A stretch of DNA of 64,000 bases from an uncultured Actinomycetota bacterium (GTDB lineage: Bacteria; Actinomycetota; Actinomycetes; Actinomycetales; Dermatophilaceae). Position 1 is the stretch's first letter; each line of letters begins with the position of its first letter. The DNA lies in assembly GCA_963706855.1 (NCBI GenBank), contig CAVPNU010000005.1:297422-361421 (forward strand), read 5' to 3'. Shown piece by piece: positions 1 through 13,131 of the stretch. Below the pieces are notes generated by a model. It was not told the DNA's origin. It ran no database searches and saw nothing but the letters and a program-made list of their open reading frames with translations. Position numbers and translations under genes: made by a program.

Positions 1-131
1 TAGACGAAGCCCGAGGTGAGGTAGAGCGCCTCGGCCGTCTCGTCGAAGTTGCTGCGGGCCAGGCCGGCCCGGACGGCGAGCGTGTCTGGGCGGAACGTGT
101 TGTCCCCCAACGCATCCTGCGGTGTGCTCAT
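1..131 (-). CDS. PLP-dependent O-succinyl/acetyl-homoserine sulfhydrylase-like (MetZ/MetY family), N-terminal fragment running off the window
   Basis: The reverse complement of 1-131 reads MSTPQDALGDNTFRPDTLAVRAGLARSNFDETAEALYLTSGFV, the typical Cys/Met-metabolism PLP enzyme N-terminus. Its ATG overlaps the stop of the upstream rhodanese gene (ATGA). Confidence 0.55.
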   Translation of the reverse strand, partial: MSTPQDALGDNTFRPDTLAVRAGLARSNFDETAEALYLTSGFV

Positions 132-541
132 CCCTGCCTCCACGGGAGTCCGGCGACCTTCCAGCCCGCCACGGTGCGGTGCCCGAACTCGTCGTGCGGG
201 CCCTCGAAGCCGTCGAGGACGTTGTATGCCGGGCCGAGCCCGGCCGCCGTGGCGGCCTCGGCGGCTGCCACGGAGCGCACGCCGGAGCGGCACAGGAAGT
301 AGATCGGCGCGCCGTCGGGCAGGCCCGAGTCCTGGAGCTGCTCGACGAAGTCGCCGTTGACGGCGCCGTCGGGGAACCGCTGCCACTCGACGGCGACGAC
401 TCGCTTGCCCAGGGCCGACAGGTCGGGCATGCCCACATAGGCCCATTCGGCCGCGGTGCGCACGTCGACGAGGACCGCGTCCTCGTCGGCCGCCAGCGCG
501 GCATACGCCTCCTCGGGCTGCACATCTCCCGCGTACGTCAT
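128..541 (-). CDS. rhodanese-domain sulfurtransferase (single domain)
   Basis: 137 aa ORF with rhodanese features (YFLCRSGVRS active-site Cys loop). Sits immediately upstream of the metZ-like gene. Confidence 0.8.
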   Translation of the reverse strand: MTYAGDVQPEEAYAALAADEDAVLVDVRTAAEWAYVGMPDLSALGKRVVAVEWQRFPDGAVNGDFVEQLQDSGLPDGAPIYFLCRSGVRSVAAAEAATAAGLGPAYNVLDGFEGPHDEFGHRTVAGWKVAGLPWRQG

Positions 542-595
542 GGCGCCAAGCCTAGGACCACCGCCACATGGCGAGACGGCAGGGCCAGATAGTGG

Positions 596-1210
596 TCAGG
601 TCACGCGTCGGGCGTGGCCGAGGAGGCGGGGCGCGGCGACATCGGTGTTGTCGACGACGATGGTCGCCCGGTCCTGCGGCGAGCAGGCGGCGAAGTAGAG
701 CTGCTGACCCTCGACATACCGGCGCAGGCTCGGGTGCCGGTGGTCGGGGCTCGACCCGTCGCGGACCGCCATCCTGCGCGCCGTCTCCTCGAACGGCACC
801 TCGAGGAACACGGAGAAGTCCCACGCGTCGACCAGCTCGTCGCGATGCAGGAACAACCCGTCCACGACCACGACCGCGGCGGCCGGCGCAAGCACCGAGG
901 GCGGCCAGAGCACCTGGTCGCTGGAGAGGTCGTGCGCCTTGGCCCGGTAGCGCCTCGACCCACCGGGACCGAGCGGCGTGAGCACGTCCTGCCGGAACCG
1001 CTCGTCGTCGTAGGAGTCGAGCCAGAAACCCTGGGCCGACGTCCGTCCCAGGCGGTACCGGCGGGCGCGGACGTGGTGGAAGTCGTCGACGGATATCCGG
1101 ACAGTGGGACGCCCGGCCCGCCCCAAGCACGACGCCAGCTCGTCCGCGAAGGTGGTCTTCCCCGACCCGTCGACGCCGTCGACAGCGACCAGCACGCAGT
1201 CCTCCGACAC
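596..1210 (-). CDS. udk: uridine kinase / PRK-family nucleoside kinase
   Basis: 204 aa with a P-loop (VDGVDGSGKTTFADEL) and a uridine-kinase-like ISVDDFH motif. Uniformly high GC3. Confidence 0.65.
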   Translation of the reverse strand: MSEDCVLVAVDGVDGSGKTTFADELASCLGRAGRPTVRISVDDFHHVRARRYRLGRTSAQGFWLDSYDDERFRQDVLTPLGPGGSRRYRAKAHDLSSDQVLWPPSVLAPAAAVVVVDGLFLHRDELVDAWDFSVFLEVPFEETARRMAVRDGSSPDHRHPSLRRYVEGQQLYFAACSPQDRATIVVDNTDVAAPRLLGHARRVT

Positions 1211-1275
1211 CGCCTCCGGAACCAGGGCGGCGATGCGCCGTCAGCAGCTCGGCCCGCTCCCCCGCCATGGACGAC

Positions 1276-2438
1276 TCAGGTCCGGTTGGTGAAGGCGATC
1301 GACGCGTTGCCGTCCGCCCAGACCTCCACGGCGGTGAGGGACCCCGGAGCCGCGGCGAGGCGCCATACGGTCTCGTGGGGGATCTGCAGGAGGTGGGCTA
1401 GCACGACCATGATCGGCTTGCGGTGGCACACGACGACCGTCGTGCCGCCTGCGGCGACGACCCGCTCGAACGCCGCGATGACCCGCTGCCGCGAGCTGCT
1501 CGTGGGACTCACCCCCAGGCCGGGCGTATGCCGGGTCGTTGCGCAGCGCCGCCAGCTCGTCGGGGTGGTCCCGGACCAGGTCCGCGATGCTGGCGCCGTC
1601 CCAGTCGCCGAAGTCCTGCTCGTCGAAGTCCGCGTCGACCTCGGGGCGGGCGCCGATGGCGGCTGCCACGGCCGCACCGGTCTCGCGGGCACGGGTCAGC
1701 GAGGACGTCACGACACGGGCCTCGCTCCCGTCCAGAAGGTGGGCCGTGGCCCGTCCCTGCGGCCTGCGCCTGCGCCTGGCCCTGGGCGTTGAGCGACGGG
1801 TCGGCTCCCCCGCGACCGTCGAGCTTCGACGCCACGGTGAAGTCGGTGACCCCATGGCGGATGAGCAGCACGCGGGTCGGGGTGCCCAGGTCCGGTGGCG
1901 CCTCGGTGGCCAGTGAGGTCAGCGGTGCGGGGTCGATGATCTCCTCGGTGGCCGCCTCGGCCGCCTCGTCGGTACCGGCATCCGGGGACGCCGCGTCGCC
2001 GACCATGCGGTCGACCGTCCCGCCGTCCATCCCGGTGTTGGACAGGGCGTCGGCGGCCTTGTTCTGCTCGCGCGGGACCCAGGTGTAGCGCACCGAGCCC
2101 CCGGCGCGGGACAGCTCGGCCACCTCGTCGCGGGCCTCCAGGGCCAGCCGCCGCATGTCGGCGTGCTTGATCTTCCACCGGCCGGCCATCTGCTCGACGA
2201 CGAGCTTGGAGTCCATCCGGACCTCGACGTCGGCCGCCGGGTCGATCCGCCGGACCGCCCGCAGCCCGGCGATGAGCCCGGAGTACTCGGCCACGTTGTT
2301 GGACGCCGTGCCCAGGGGTGCGGCGCCCTCCCAGAGCACCGCCTTGGTGCGGGCGTCGCGGACGAGCGCGCCGTAGCCGGCGACTCCGGGGTTGCCTCGA
2401 GACCCCCCGTCGGCCTCGACGACGAGTGCGCGACCCAC
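1276..2438 (-). CDS. bifunctional RNase H / histidine-phosphatase (alpha-ribazole phosphatase-like), Rv2228c-type. Reading frame is broken twice.
   Basis: N-terminal RNase HI domain (LVVEADGGSRGNPGVAGYGALV ... REQNKAADALSN) followed by a phosphoglycerate-mutase-family RHG domain (LLIRHGVTDF...). The protein continues across three frames (ORFs 1509-2495, 1241-1855, 1276-1692), with shifts near 1840 and 1680. Proposed GTG start at 2438. Confidence 0.7.
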
Positions 2439-2443
2439 CGGGC

Positions 2444-3180
2444 TCAGAGACCCGACTCGGCCGTGCGCACCAGGATGCGGCGGCACTCCTCGCACCGCAG
2501 CAGCTCGTCGGCCGGTGCGGCCTTGATGCGGCTCATCTCGACGTTGTTCAGCTCGAGCTGGCAGCCACCGCAGCGGCGCTGGCGCAGCGGTGCCGCGCCC
2601 AGGCCGCCGCTGCTGGCCCGGATCTTCTCGTACAGCGCGACGAGGTCCTCACCCACGCCGGCGACGATGTCGGCCCGAGGGGCGCCCACGCGGACGGCCT
2701 CGGCGTCGAGCTCCTTGAGCGCCGCGTCGCGAGCCGACGTCACCTCGGCGATCTCGGCGGCGAGGACGTCGCGCTGCGCCGCCAGCTGGGTCGCCGCGGA
2801 CTCGGCGTCCTCGGCGCGCTCCATCACCTCGATCTCGACGTCCTCGAGCTCGGACTGCCGGCGGGCCAGCGAGTCCAGCTCGTGCTGGAGGGCCTGCAGG
2901 TCCTTGGCCGTGCCGGTGCCCGAGTCGAGCCGCGACTGGTCGCGGGCGGCGCGGTCACGCACGAGCTGGACGTCCGCCTCGGCCTTGGCGACCTCGCGCT
3001 GGATGTCGCCGAGCTCGGTCTGGGCGCGCACCAGCAGGGAGTCCAGCGCCTGCGCCTTCTCCTCGCAGCTCGGCCAGGCGAGCCAGCTGCGGCAGGGTGC
3101 GCCGGGCGTGGGCGATCTGGTCGAGCCGGGTGTCGATCGCCTGCAGGTCGAGCAGTCGCCACTGACGGGACGGGTCGGCT
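2444..3180 (-). CDS. DUF164 zinc-ribbon protein (Rv2229c-like). Frameshift near 3045.
   Basis: C-terminal CxxC...CxxC ribbon (RRCGGCQLELN...LLRCEECRRIL) plus an N-terminal coiled-coil. The N-terminus (LKADPSRQWRLLDLQAIDTRLDQIAHARRTLPQLARLAELREE) is in another frame. Start codon unresolved. Confidence 0.65.
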
Positions 3181-3181
3181 T

Positions 3182-4051
3182 TCAGGACGTTCCTCCAATG
3201 CCTCGAGGCGGCTCAGCACCGACCACGAAATCCCAGGGATCGGTGCGCAGTGTAGAGATGTGGGTCTCCACCCTAGATGACGCGAAGCCCGCGGCTTCCA
3301 AAGAGCCCGACAGCCTGCGCGCGGCCTCCTCCAGCCACAGCGACTCGGTCGCCCAGTGCCCGGCGTCGACCAGGTACGGCGGCCCACCGCGCGACTCCTC
3401 GCGCGCCTCGAGCACCGGGTGGTGGCGCAGGTCGGCCGTGACGTAGACGTCGGCGCCACTGGCGCGCACGTGGTCGAACATGTCGTCGCCCGCGCCGCCC
3501 ATGACCGCCACCCGGCTCACCCTGCCGTCCGGCGGGCCGGCGACGCGTAGCCCGCCCGCGGCGCGCGGCAGGGCGGCATACAGGCCGGTCGCGAACTCGG
3601 CCAGGGTCGTGGGCGCCGCCAGGTCGCCCACCCGGCCCAGGGGCTGCCCCTCGACCACGGCGAGCGCCGACGTGGCCGTCAGGCCGCACGCGGCCGCAAG
3701 GGCGTCGTTGACGCCGGGGTCGGCGACGTCGGCGTTGGTGTGCGCGACGAACAGCGCGATGTCGTGGACGACCAGGGCCGTGACGCTGGCGCCCTTGGCG
3801 CTCGTCGTGGCCACGCTGTGTATGCCGCGCAGCAACAGGGGGTGGTGGGTCACCAGGAGGTCGGCGCCGAGGGCGCGCGCCTCCTCGATGACGGCGAGGG
3901 TCGGGTCGACGGCGAAGAGGACGCGCTCGACCGGCTGGGCGAGGTCGCCGGACACCAGCCCGACCTGGTCCCAGGACTGGGCCGAGTCGGGCGGATAGAG
4001 GGCGTCGAGCGCCTGGACGGCGTCGGCGAGAGTGGGCTGCGCAGGCTGCAC
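3182..4051 (-). CDS. Nif3-family dinuclear metal-centre protein (Rv2230c-like)
   Basis: 289 aa intact ORF with Nif3/YqfO-type conserved blocks (LLVTHHPLLL, HTNADV). Its stop overlaps the start region of the DUF164 gene. Confidence 0.85.
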   Translation of the reverse strand: MQPAQPTLADAVQALDALYPPDSAQSWDQVGLVSGDLAQPVERVLFAVDPTLAVIEEARALGADLLVTHHPLLLRGIHSVATTSAKGASVTALVVHDIALFVAHTNADVADPGVNDALAAACGLTATSALAVVEGQPLGRVGDLAAPTTLAEFATGLYAALPRAAGGLRVAGPPDGRVSRVAVMGGAGDDMFDHVRASGADVYVTADLRHHPVLEAREESRGGPPYLVDAGHWATESLWLEEAARRLSGSLEAAGFASSRVETHISTLRTDPWDFVVGAEPPRGIGGTS

Positions 4052-4052
4052 G

Positions 4053-4125
4053 TGGGCCCGGCCGGGCTCGAACCGACGACATCCACGGTGTAAACGTGGC
4101 GCTCTACCAACTGAGCTACAGGCCC
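4053..4125 (-). tRNA. tRNA-Val (anticodon TAC)
   Basis: Reverse complement is GGGCCTGTAGCTCAGTTGGTAGAGCGCCACGTTTACACCGTGGATGTCGTCGGTTCGAGCCCGGCCGGGCCCA. Cloverleaf with a 7-bp acceptor stem, TTCGAGC T-loop and anticodon loop TTTACAC. Confidence 0.9.
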
Positions 4126-4154
4126 CTGAGAGGTCAGAGGAGTCAGCGCAGAGG

Positions 4155-4631
4155 CTAGCCGAGATCCTTCAGGGCAGCGTGGTAGCCCGAGAAGTCGCGA
4201 CCCTCGCCGATCTCGTTGACCAGCGACCAGCGGATCACGCCCTCGGTGTCGACCAGGAACGTGCCGCGCACCGCGGCGCCGGCCTTCTCGTTGAAGACGC
4301 CGAACGCCTGGGCCACGCCACCGTGCGGCCAGTAGTCGGACAGCAGGGGGAAGAAGTACCCCTCCTTGTCGGCCCAGGCCCGCTGGCTGAACATGTGGTC
4401 GCACGAGATCGCGAGCACCTGGACGTCGTCGCTGACGAAGTCGCCGAGGTTGTCGCGGATCTCGCACAGCTCACCGGTGCAGATGCCGGAGAACGCGAAC
4501 GGGTAGAAGACGATGACGACGTTCTTGCGACCACGGAAGTCGGCCAGCGAGAACTCCTGGCCGTTCTGGTCCTTGAGGGTGAAGTCGGGGGCGGTGTCGC
4601 CGGTGCTGAGGGGCGCGCTCGAAGCGGTCAT
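4155..4631 (-). CDS. ahpE: AhpE-type 1-Cys peroxiredoxin
   Basis: 158 aa. Peroxiredoxin fold with FYPFAFSGICTGE (peroxidatic Cys). Position next to DUF3052 matches Rv2238c/Rv2239c. Confidence 0.9.
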   Translation of the reverse strand: MTASSAPLSTGDTAPDFTLKDQNGQEFSLADFRGRKNVVIVFYPFAFSGICTGELCEIRDNLGDFVSDDVQVLAISCDHMFSQRAWADKEGYFFPLLSDYWPHGGVAQAFGVFNEKAGAAVRGTFLVDTEGVIRWSLVNEIGEGRDFSGYHAALKDLG

Positions 4632-4652
4632 GGACGGCAGTCTGCCAGCGAC

Positions 4653-5150
4653 TCAGCGCCGGCCGGTCTTGGGGGCCACCAGGCGGGTGGCCGTCCAGTC
4701 CTCGCAGGCGTTGACCGCCCCGGAGGTGTGCAGCCCGGCGGTGGTCGCGGCCTCCTCGACGTCGCTGGCCTCGACGTGCCCGGCCCGGCCCGACTTGGGG
4801 GTCAGCAGCACGATGAACCCGCCCTCGGCGAGGTTGGTCAGCCCGTCGACGACCGCGTCGACCAGGTCGCCGTCCTCGGCACGCCACCAGATCAGGACCG
4901 CGTCGGCGACGTCGCCGTAGTCCTCGTCCTCGAGCTCGGTCGTGGTGAGGTCCTCGATCGCGAACCGCAGGTCGTCGTCGACGTCGGCGTCATAGCCGAA
5001 CTCCTGGATCACCTGACCGCTCGCGAACCCCAGGCGAGCCGCCGCACTCTGCGGCGCAGCCTGCGCGGAGGTACTCACTGCCTTCTCCATCCCTTGGGTG
5101 ACATCGATCCTTGTTGGCGACAGTCCATCGGGTCCCAGCCGCTTTTTCAA
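4653..5150 (-). CDS. DUF3052-like conserved hypothetical protein (Rv2239c-like)
   Basis: 165 aa acidic ORF downstream of ahpE. True start may be the internal Met (MEKAVSTS). Confidence 0.55.
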   Translation of the reverse strand: MKKRLGPDGLSPTRIDVTQGMEKAVSTSAQAAPQSAAARLGFASGQVIQEFGYDADVDDDLRFAIEDLTTTELEDEDYGDVADAVLIWWRAEDGDLVDAVVDGLTNLAEGGFIVLLTPKSGRAGHVEASDVEEAATTAGLHTSGAVNACEDWTATRLVAPKTGRR

Positions 5151-5174
5151 CTGAGACGGCAGAATCTGGTCCGA

Positions 5175-6606
5175 TCAGACCAGCGGGCGGCGGGCTCTGC
5201 TCGAGCGGACCCGCTGCTCGCCCAGCAGCCGTTCGGCGTCGGCGAGTCCCAGATGGGCGACCTCGGTGCGCACCGGCCCGGGGGTGGACCCGAGCCGGAC
5301 GGTGGCGACGCCGCGCCACCGCTGGACGAGGCCCTGGCGCACGGCGACACCCTGGATCCGCGCGTGCGGGACCACCTGGGCCTCCCTGCGCAGCACGCCG
5401 CTGCGCAGGACGAGGCTGTCGGGCGTCACGGCATACCCCCGGCGGCGCCAGCCCACGGGGTCGAGCACCCAGGCGCGGGAGGGGGCCGTCGTGAACCCGT
5501 GGCCCGGACCGCTGCGCGTGCCGGCGACCACCGCCAGCTCGGCCGGGAGCTCAGGGCGCACGAGCGCCAGCACCGCCAGGGCCTCGGGCAACGTGCCGAC
5601 GGGCAGCAGCAGCGTCTCGGTGTCCTGCTCGCCGTGCTCATGGACACCGGCGACGTTGACCCGCAGCCGCCACCATCCGGTCCACCGCCAGAACAGGGGC
5701 TGGACCAGACCGGCTGCCTGGATCCGGTGCAGCGGGACGGTCGTCGAGCGCAGCTCGGTGAGCCCGCGGTGCACGACGAGGCGGTCACCGCGGTGGTCGA
5801 GGGTGAAGTTCGCCTCGCGCACGAGGCTGCGGACATGGCGACCCGCGACGCCGAGCACCATCGGGCCGAGCCACCCGACGAGCTGGGGCAGCCCGAGGGC
5901 GAAACCGACGAGGAGCGTGGGCACGGCAGCCAGGAGGAAGGCCGTACCGCTGCTGAAGACCGCGGCCTGGACCAACCGGACGTTGGGGACCCGCACGACC
6001 ATGGCCGACGCCACCCGCTGCGCCGCCGGGGTCACAGCGCCTCGGCCGAGGCGATGGGCGCGGAGCCGGCCGCCCCGGACGTCACCTCGTCGGCCCGGCC
6101 GGCGAGCTCCATGAGCCGCTCGCGGACCTCCTGGGCGCGGGCGTCGGTGAGGAAGGCCAGCGTGATGTGCGAGCCTCGCCCGCCCGCCGACCGGACCACC
6201 ACCTCGGAGAGCCCGGTCAGCCGCGCCAGGACGGGTCGGGAGATGTCGACGGCCTGGATCCGGTCGAACGGCACCTGCCGGTGCTCGCGGAACAGCAGGC
6301 CTCGCCGGAGCTCGACGAACGCCGACCCGATACGAAACCTGGACACCCGCCACGAGACCCACGCACCGCCGACGATCGCCAGCAGGACGACCCCGGCGAC
6401 GGCGAGGGCCAGCAGCCGGTGCCCCTGGGTGGGGTCCTGGCTCCCGGCATCGGGGCCCTGCGCCGGAACAGGCGCTCCACCTGCTGGCTGAGGACGTAGC
6501 CCACGACGGCGACGAAGGCCACCCCGCCGCGCAGCAGCGGCGACAGGGGGTGCAGGTGCTGCCACTGGCCTTGCCCGTCGGACGACGCCGGGCCCGGGTC
6601 GCTCAC
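5175..6606 (-). CDS. YdbT-like membrane protein with repeated bacterial PH (bPH_2) domains. Reading frame broken at least twice.
   Basis: N-terminus (WQHLHPLSPLLRGGVAFVAVVGYVL) lies in the 6217-6606 frame. The first PH domain (FRIGSAFVELRRGLLFREHRQVPFDRIQAVDISRPVLARLTG) lies in the 6032 frame. Two further PH repeats lie in the 5175 frame. Shifts near 6440 and 6030. Confidence 0.6.
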
Positions 6607-7095
6607 AGCCCCGCCCGTTGGGACTCACCCCGGGCCACCAGCCGCTGGCGCAGCGCCTCCGCCTGGGCCACCGACAGACCCGGGATGTCGGCGCTGAGGT
6701 GCGGGGACGCGGTGTGCAGGGTGACCTCCGCGAGGCCGAGGACCCGGTCGAGCGGCCCACTCTGGACGTCGACGTACTGCAGCCGGCCATAGGGCACGCT
6801 GACCAGCGAGCGGTTGAGCCGCCCGCGCCGCACGACGAGCTCGTCCTCGAGCTCGATCCAGCTGATCGCCGGCACCTGCCGGACCACGACCCACGTCCCA
6901 ACGGCCCCGACGAGCAGGACCACGGCGACCGCCCACCAGAAGCCGGCGCGACACCAGGACCGCGAGCGCCACGGCGACGACCAGGGGCACGGCGAGCGCC
7001 GCGGCGAGGATCACCAGCCGCGCCGCGACCAGCCGCGGGGAGACCGGCTGCCACGGCATACCGGAGTCGTCGAACAGGCGGACGTCGGGGCCCAC
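6603..7095 (-). CDS. YdbS-like PH-domain membrane protein. Frameshift near 6950.
   Basis: A TM hairpin (LVAARLVILAAALAVPLVVAVALAVLV) is followed by a bPH_2 domain (WIELEDELVVRRGRLNRSLVSVPYGRLQYVDVQSGPLDRVLGLAEVTL) in another frame. Its stop overlaps the ydbT-like start. Confidence 0.6.
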
Positions 7096-7160
7096 GCTGG
7101 CCCCCCCGACGAGGTGTCACTCACGCCACCAACCTATTGCCGCATAGGGTCACGAGCATG

Positions 7161-7998
7161 GGTCGGGTCACCAGCCGCACGCCGAGCATCCGTGTCGAGG
7201 TCGGCGAGGACGACCTCCTGCGCGCCACGTCGCGGCCGGACACCCTCGCGGTCGAGGAGCCCCTGGAGATCCGGGTCGGTGGCACGTCGGTCACCGTGAC
7301 CATGCGGACCCCGGGCGACGACTTCGACCTCGCCATCGGCAACCTGCTCACCGAGGGCGTCCTGCGCCGGGCCGAGCAGGTGCACCAGCTGATGCACTGC
7401 CTCGACGAGGACGAGTCGGGTGCGCCCACCTACAACGTCGTGGACGTCACCCTCGCGCCCGGCGTCGTCCCCGACCTCGAGCGCAGCGCGCGCTCGGGCT
7501 ACCAGACCAGCGCGTGCGGGGTGTGTGGCAAGACGAGCATCGACGCCATCGCGGCGACCAGCCCGTATGCCGTGGCCGACGACCCCGTCGTGCTCTCCCC
7601 TCACGTCGTGGCCGGGCTGCCCGACGTGCTGCGCGAGCACCAGAAGGTCTTCGACCGCACGGGCGGGCTGCATGCGGCCGGCCTGTTCACCCCCGAGGGC
7701 GAGCCGCTGGTCGTCCGCGAGGACGTCGGGCGGCACAACGCGGTCGACAAGGTCGTCGGCTGGGCGGCGCGCGAGCGACCGCCTGCCGCTGACCGGCCAC
7801 GTGCTCGTCGTCAGCGGGCGGGCCAGCTTCGAGCTCGTCCAGAAGGCCGTCATGGCGGGGGTTCCCGCTCTGGTCGCCGTCTCCGCGCCGTCCTCGCTCG
7901 CCGTGGGGCTGGCCACGGAGGCCGGGCTCACCCTCGTCGGCTTCGCCCGGCCACCGCGCCTGACCGTCTATGCCGGCGCGCACCGGCTGGGCCTCTGA
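7161..7998 (+). CDS. fdhD: formate dehydrogenase accessory sulfurtransferase FdhD. Frameshift near 7775.
   Basis: FdhD motifs ([23 protein letters not shown]). The C-terminus ([34 protein letters not shown]) continues in the 7420-7998 frame. Confidence 0.8.
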
Positions 7999-8163
7999 GG
8001 GGCCGACAGTCCACGCCCGGATATATCTCGGCCACGCTCCGCATACTGGCCAGTAGCCCGGATCCGGTTGTGACCTGCGCCTCGTTGGGGTGGAAGATGG
8101 ACGCGAGGTCGCTGGCAACCCCGCGGCCCGCTGTGAAGCCCGCCTGAGAAAGGACCCACCACC

Positions 8164-10929
<2,766 letters not shown>

Positions 10930-10937
10930 GCGCCCGG

Positions 10938-11811
10938 ATGCCGAGCTCGCCCGGTCGCGTCGCCGTCACCGGCGCCTCGGGCAAGCTCGGGCGGGCGGTG
11001 GTCACCCATCTGGTCGACCAGGGCTGGGACGTGCTGGCCCTCGACCAGCACCGACCGGCGGAGGCGGTCACGCCCTTCGTCGCGGTCGACCTCACCGACT
11101 ACGGCCAGGTGGTGGAGGCGCTCGCCGGTGACGTCGACGAGCACCGGGGCGCCATCGACGCCGTCGTGCACCTGGCCGCGGTGCCCGCGCCCGGGGCTGG
11201 TGAGCAACGCCGCCACCTTCGCCAACAACTCGGCCGCGACCTTCCACGTCTTCGCCGCGGCCCGGGCCGCCGGGATCCGCAAGGTGGTCTGGGCCTCCAG
11301 CGAGACGGTGCTCGGCCTGCCGTTCGACACTCCCCCGCCCTACGCACCGGTCGACGAGGAGTACGCGCCGCGGCCCGAGTCGACCTACTCGCTCAACAAG
11401 GCGCTCGAGGAGGAGATGGCCCGGCACTTCTGCCGTTGGGACCCGGCGCTGAGCATGGTGGGACTGCGGTTCTCCAACGTCATGGAGGTGGGCGACTACG
11501 CCGCCTTCCCCTCCTTCGACGCCGACCCGCAGCTGCGCAAGTGGAACCTCTGGGGCTACATCGACGCCCGCGACGGCGCCCAGGCCGTGCGGCGGGCCCT
11601 GGAGCACCCCGATCCCGGCTGCGAGGTGTTCATCATCGCCAACGCCGACACGGTGATGAGCCGGACCAGCAGCGACCTCATGGCCGAGGTCTTCCCCGAC
11701 GTCGAGGTGCGTCGCGAGCTCGGCGACCACGAGACGCTGCTGTCGATCGACAAGGCCCGCCGGGTGCTCGGCTACGAGCCCGAGCACAGCTGGCGCGACC
11801 ACGTCGGCTGA
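10938..11811 (+). CDS. NAD-dependent epimerase/dehydratase (SDR family). Frameshift near 11195.
   Basis: Rossmann motif VAVTGASGKLG at the N-terminus. The remaining 227 aa lie in the 11128-11811 frame (YxxxK region, WASSETVLG). Confidence 0.7.
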
Positions 11812-11869
11812 CCGCTCGCGGGCGGCGCAGACGCCGCCGTTGTGGACGGCATACAAATAGACTTCCCGT

Positions 11870-13038
11870 ATGCCGTCCACGCACCTCGACACCTCGCTGG
11901 TCACCCTGCAGCGGGTCGAGCGGGCTGCGGGCGAGCTGTCCACCGCCGCGACGCGGCGGATGGAGGCCAGCCACGAGTGGTACCGCGCCCTGTCGGCCGA
12001 GGACCGCTCCTGGGTGGGACTCGTGGCACAGGCCGGCATCGGGGCCTTCATCGCCTGGCTGCGCGCCGGCGGCGACCAGGTCCCGGTGACCGCCGACGTC
12101 TTCGGCACGGCCCCGCGTGAGCTGACCCGCTCGATCACGCTGCGCCAGACGCTCGACCTGGTGCGGTCGGTGGTCGACGTCGTGGAGCTCGACGCGACCG
12201 CCCTCGCCGAGCCCGGCGAGGAGCAGGCTCTGCGGGAGTCGGTCCTGCGGTACTCCCGCGAGATCGCCTTCGCCGCCGCGGAGGTCTATGCCCACGCGGC
12301 CGAGGCGCGCGGCGCCTGGGACGCGCGGCTCGAGGGACTCGTCGTCGACGCGGTGCTCCGTGGTGAGGCCGACGACTCGATGCAGTCCAGGGCCGCCGCG
12401 CTCGGCTGGGGCACCACCACACGGGTCGCGGTGGTGGCGGGGAGCACGCCCGTCGGGCAGCCCGGCGGGGGTCGTGGACGGCCTGCGCCGCGCGGCCCAG
12501 CGCGTCGGGGTCGACACGCTGGCGGCCATCCAGGGGCGCCGGCTCGTGTGCATCCTCGGCAACGCCGAAGACCCGCTCGAGGCGACCCGGGCGGTGACCG
12601 ACCACTTCGGCGACGGTCCCGTGGTCGTCGGACCACGCGTACCCCACCTCTTCGCCGCAGGGCGCTCGGCGCGGGCGGCGCTCGCCGGCCAGTCCTGCGC
12701 GCACGCCTGGCCCCAGGCACCCCGCCCGGTCGCCGCTGACGACCTGCTGGCCGAGCGCGTCCTGGTCGGCGACGCCCCCGCCCGCGCCCTGCTGCTCGAC
12801 CGCATCTGGCATCCGCTGAGCGTCGGCCAGCGGCTCGCTGCTCGACACCGCCTCGGTCTACCTGGAGTCCGCCGGCGGGCTGGAGGGCACGGCGCGGTTG
12901 TTGTTCGTCCATCCCAACACCGTCCGCTACCGACTGGGCAAGATCGCCGACCTCACGGGATACCAGCTCACCGACCCCCACGACGCCCACACCGTCCGGA
13001 TCGCCCTGGCACTGGGTCGGCTGCGCAGCGTGCGCTGA
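11870..13038 (+). CDS. PucR/CdaR-family transcriptional regulator (Rv2242-like). Two frameshifts.
   Basis: N-terminal domain in the 11870 frame, middle in the 12288 frame, and C-terminal PucR helix-turn-helix (LLDTASVYLESAGGLEGTARLLFVHPNTVRYRLGKIADLTGY) in a third frame ending at TGA 13036-13038. Sits upstream of fabD as in mycobacteria. Confidence 0.7.
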
Positions 13039-13131
13039 CGCTCCGCTTTGGAGGTTTCCTCCAAAACATGCCCGGGATGTTGGTGCCAAACGGTCACGGT
13101 GAGGTCACGCCGCGACGGCAAGGCTGGGACC

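Noticed and set aside
5175-6362. N-terminal 120 aa of the 395 aa ORF (MGLVAGVQVSYRVGVRRAPARP...) as part of the YdbT-like protein
   Set aside because: It is low-complexity and out of frame with the real N-terminal PH domains, which lie in the 6032 and 6217 frames. Only the portion downstream of about 6030 in this frame is coding.
7059-7061. Internal Met of the YdbS-like protein (MPWQPVS) as an alternative start, and similar odd internal ATG/ATA codons (16521, 3811, 30491)
   Set aside because: These codons coincide with the GTATGCC/GGCATAC anomaly (GGT-ATG-CCG, GGC-ATA-C). They are more likely altered Thr and Val codons than genuine Met starts or rare Ile codons.
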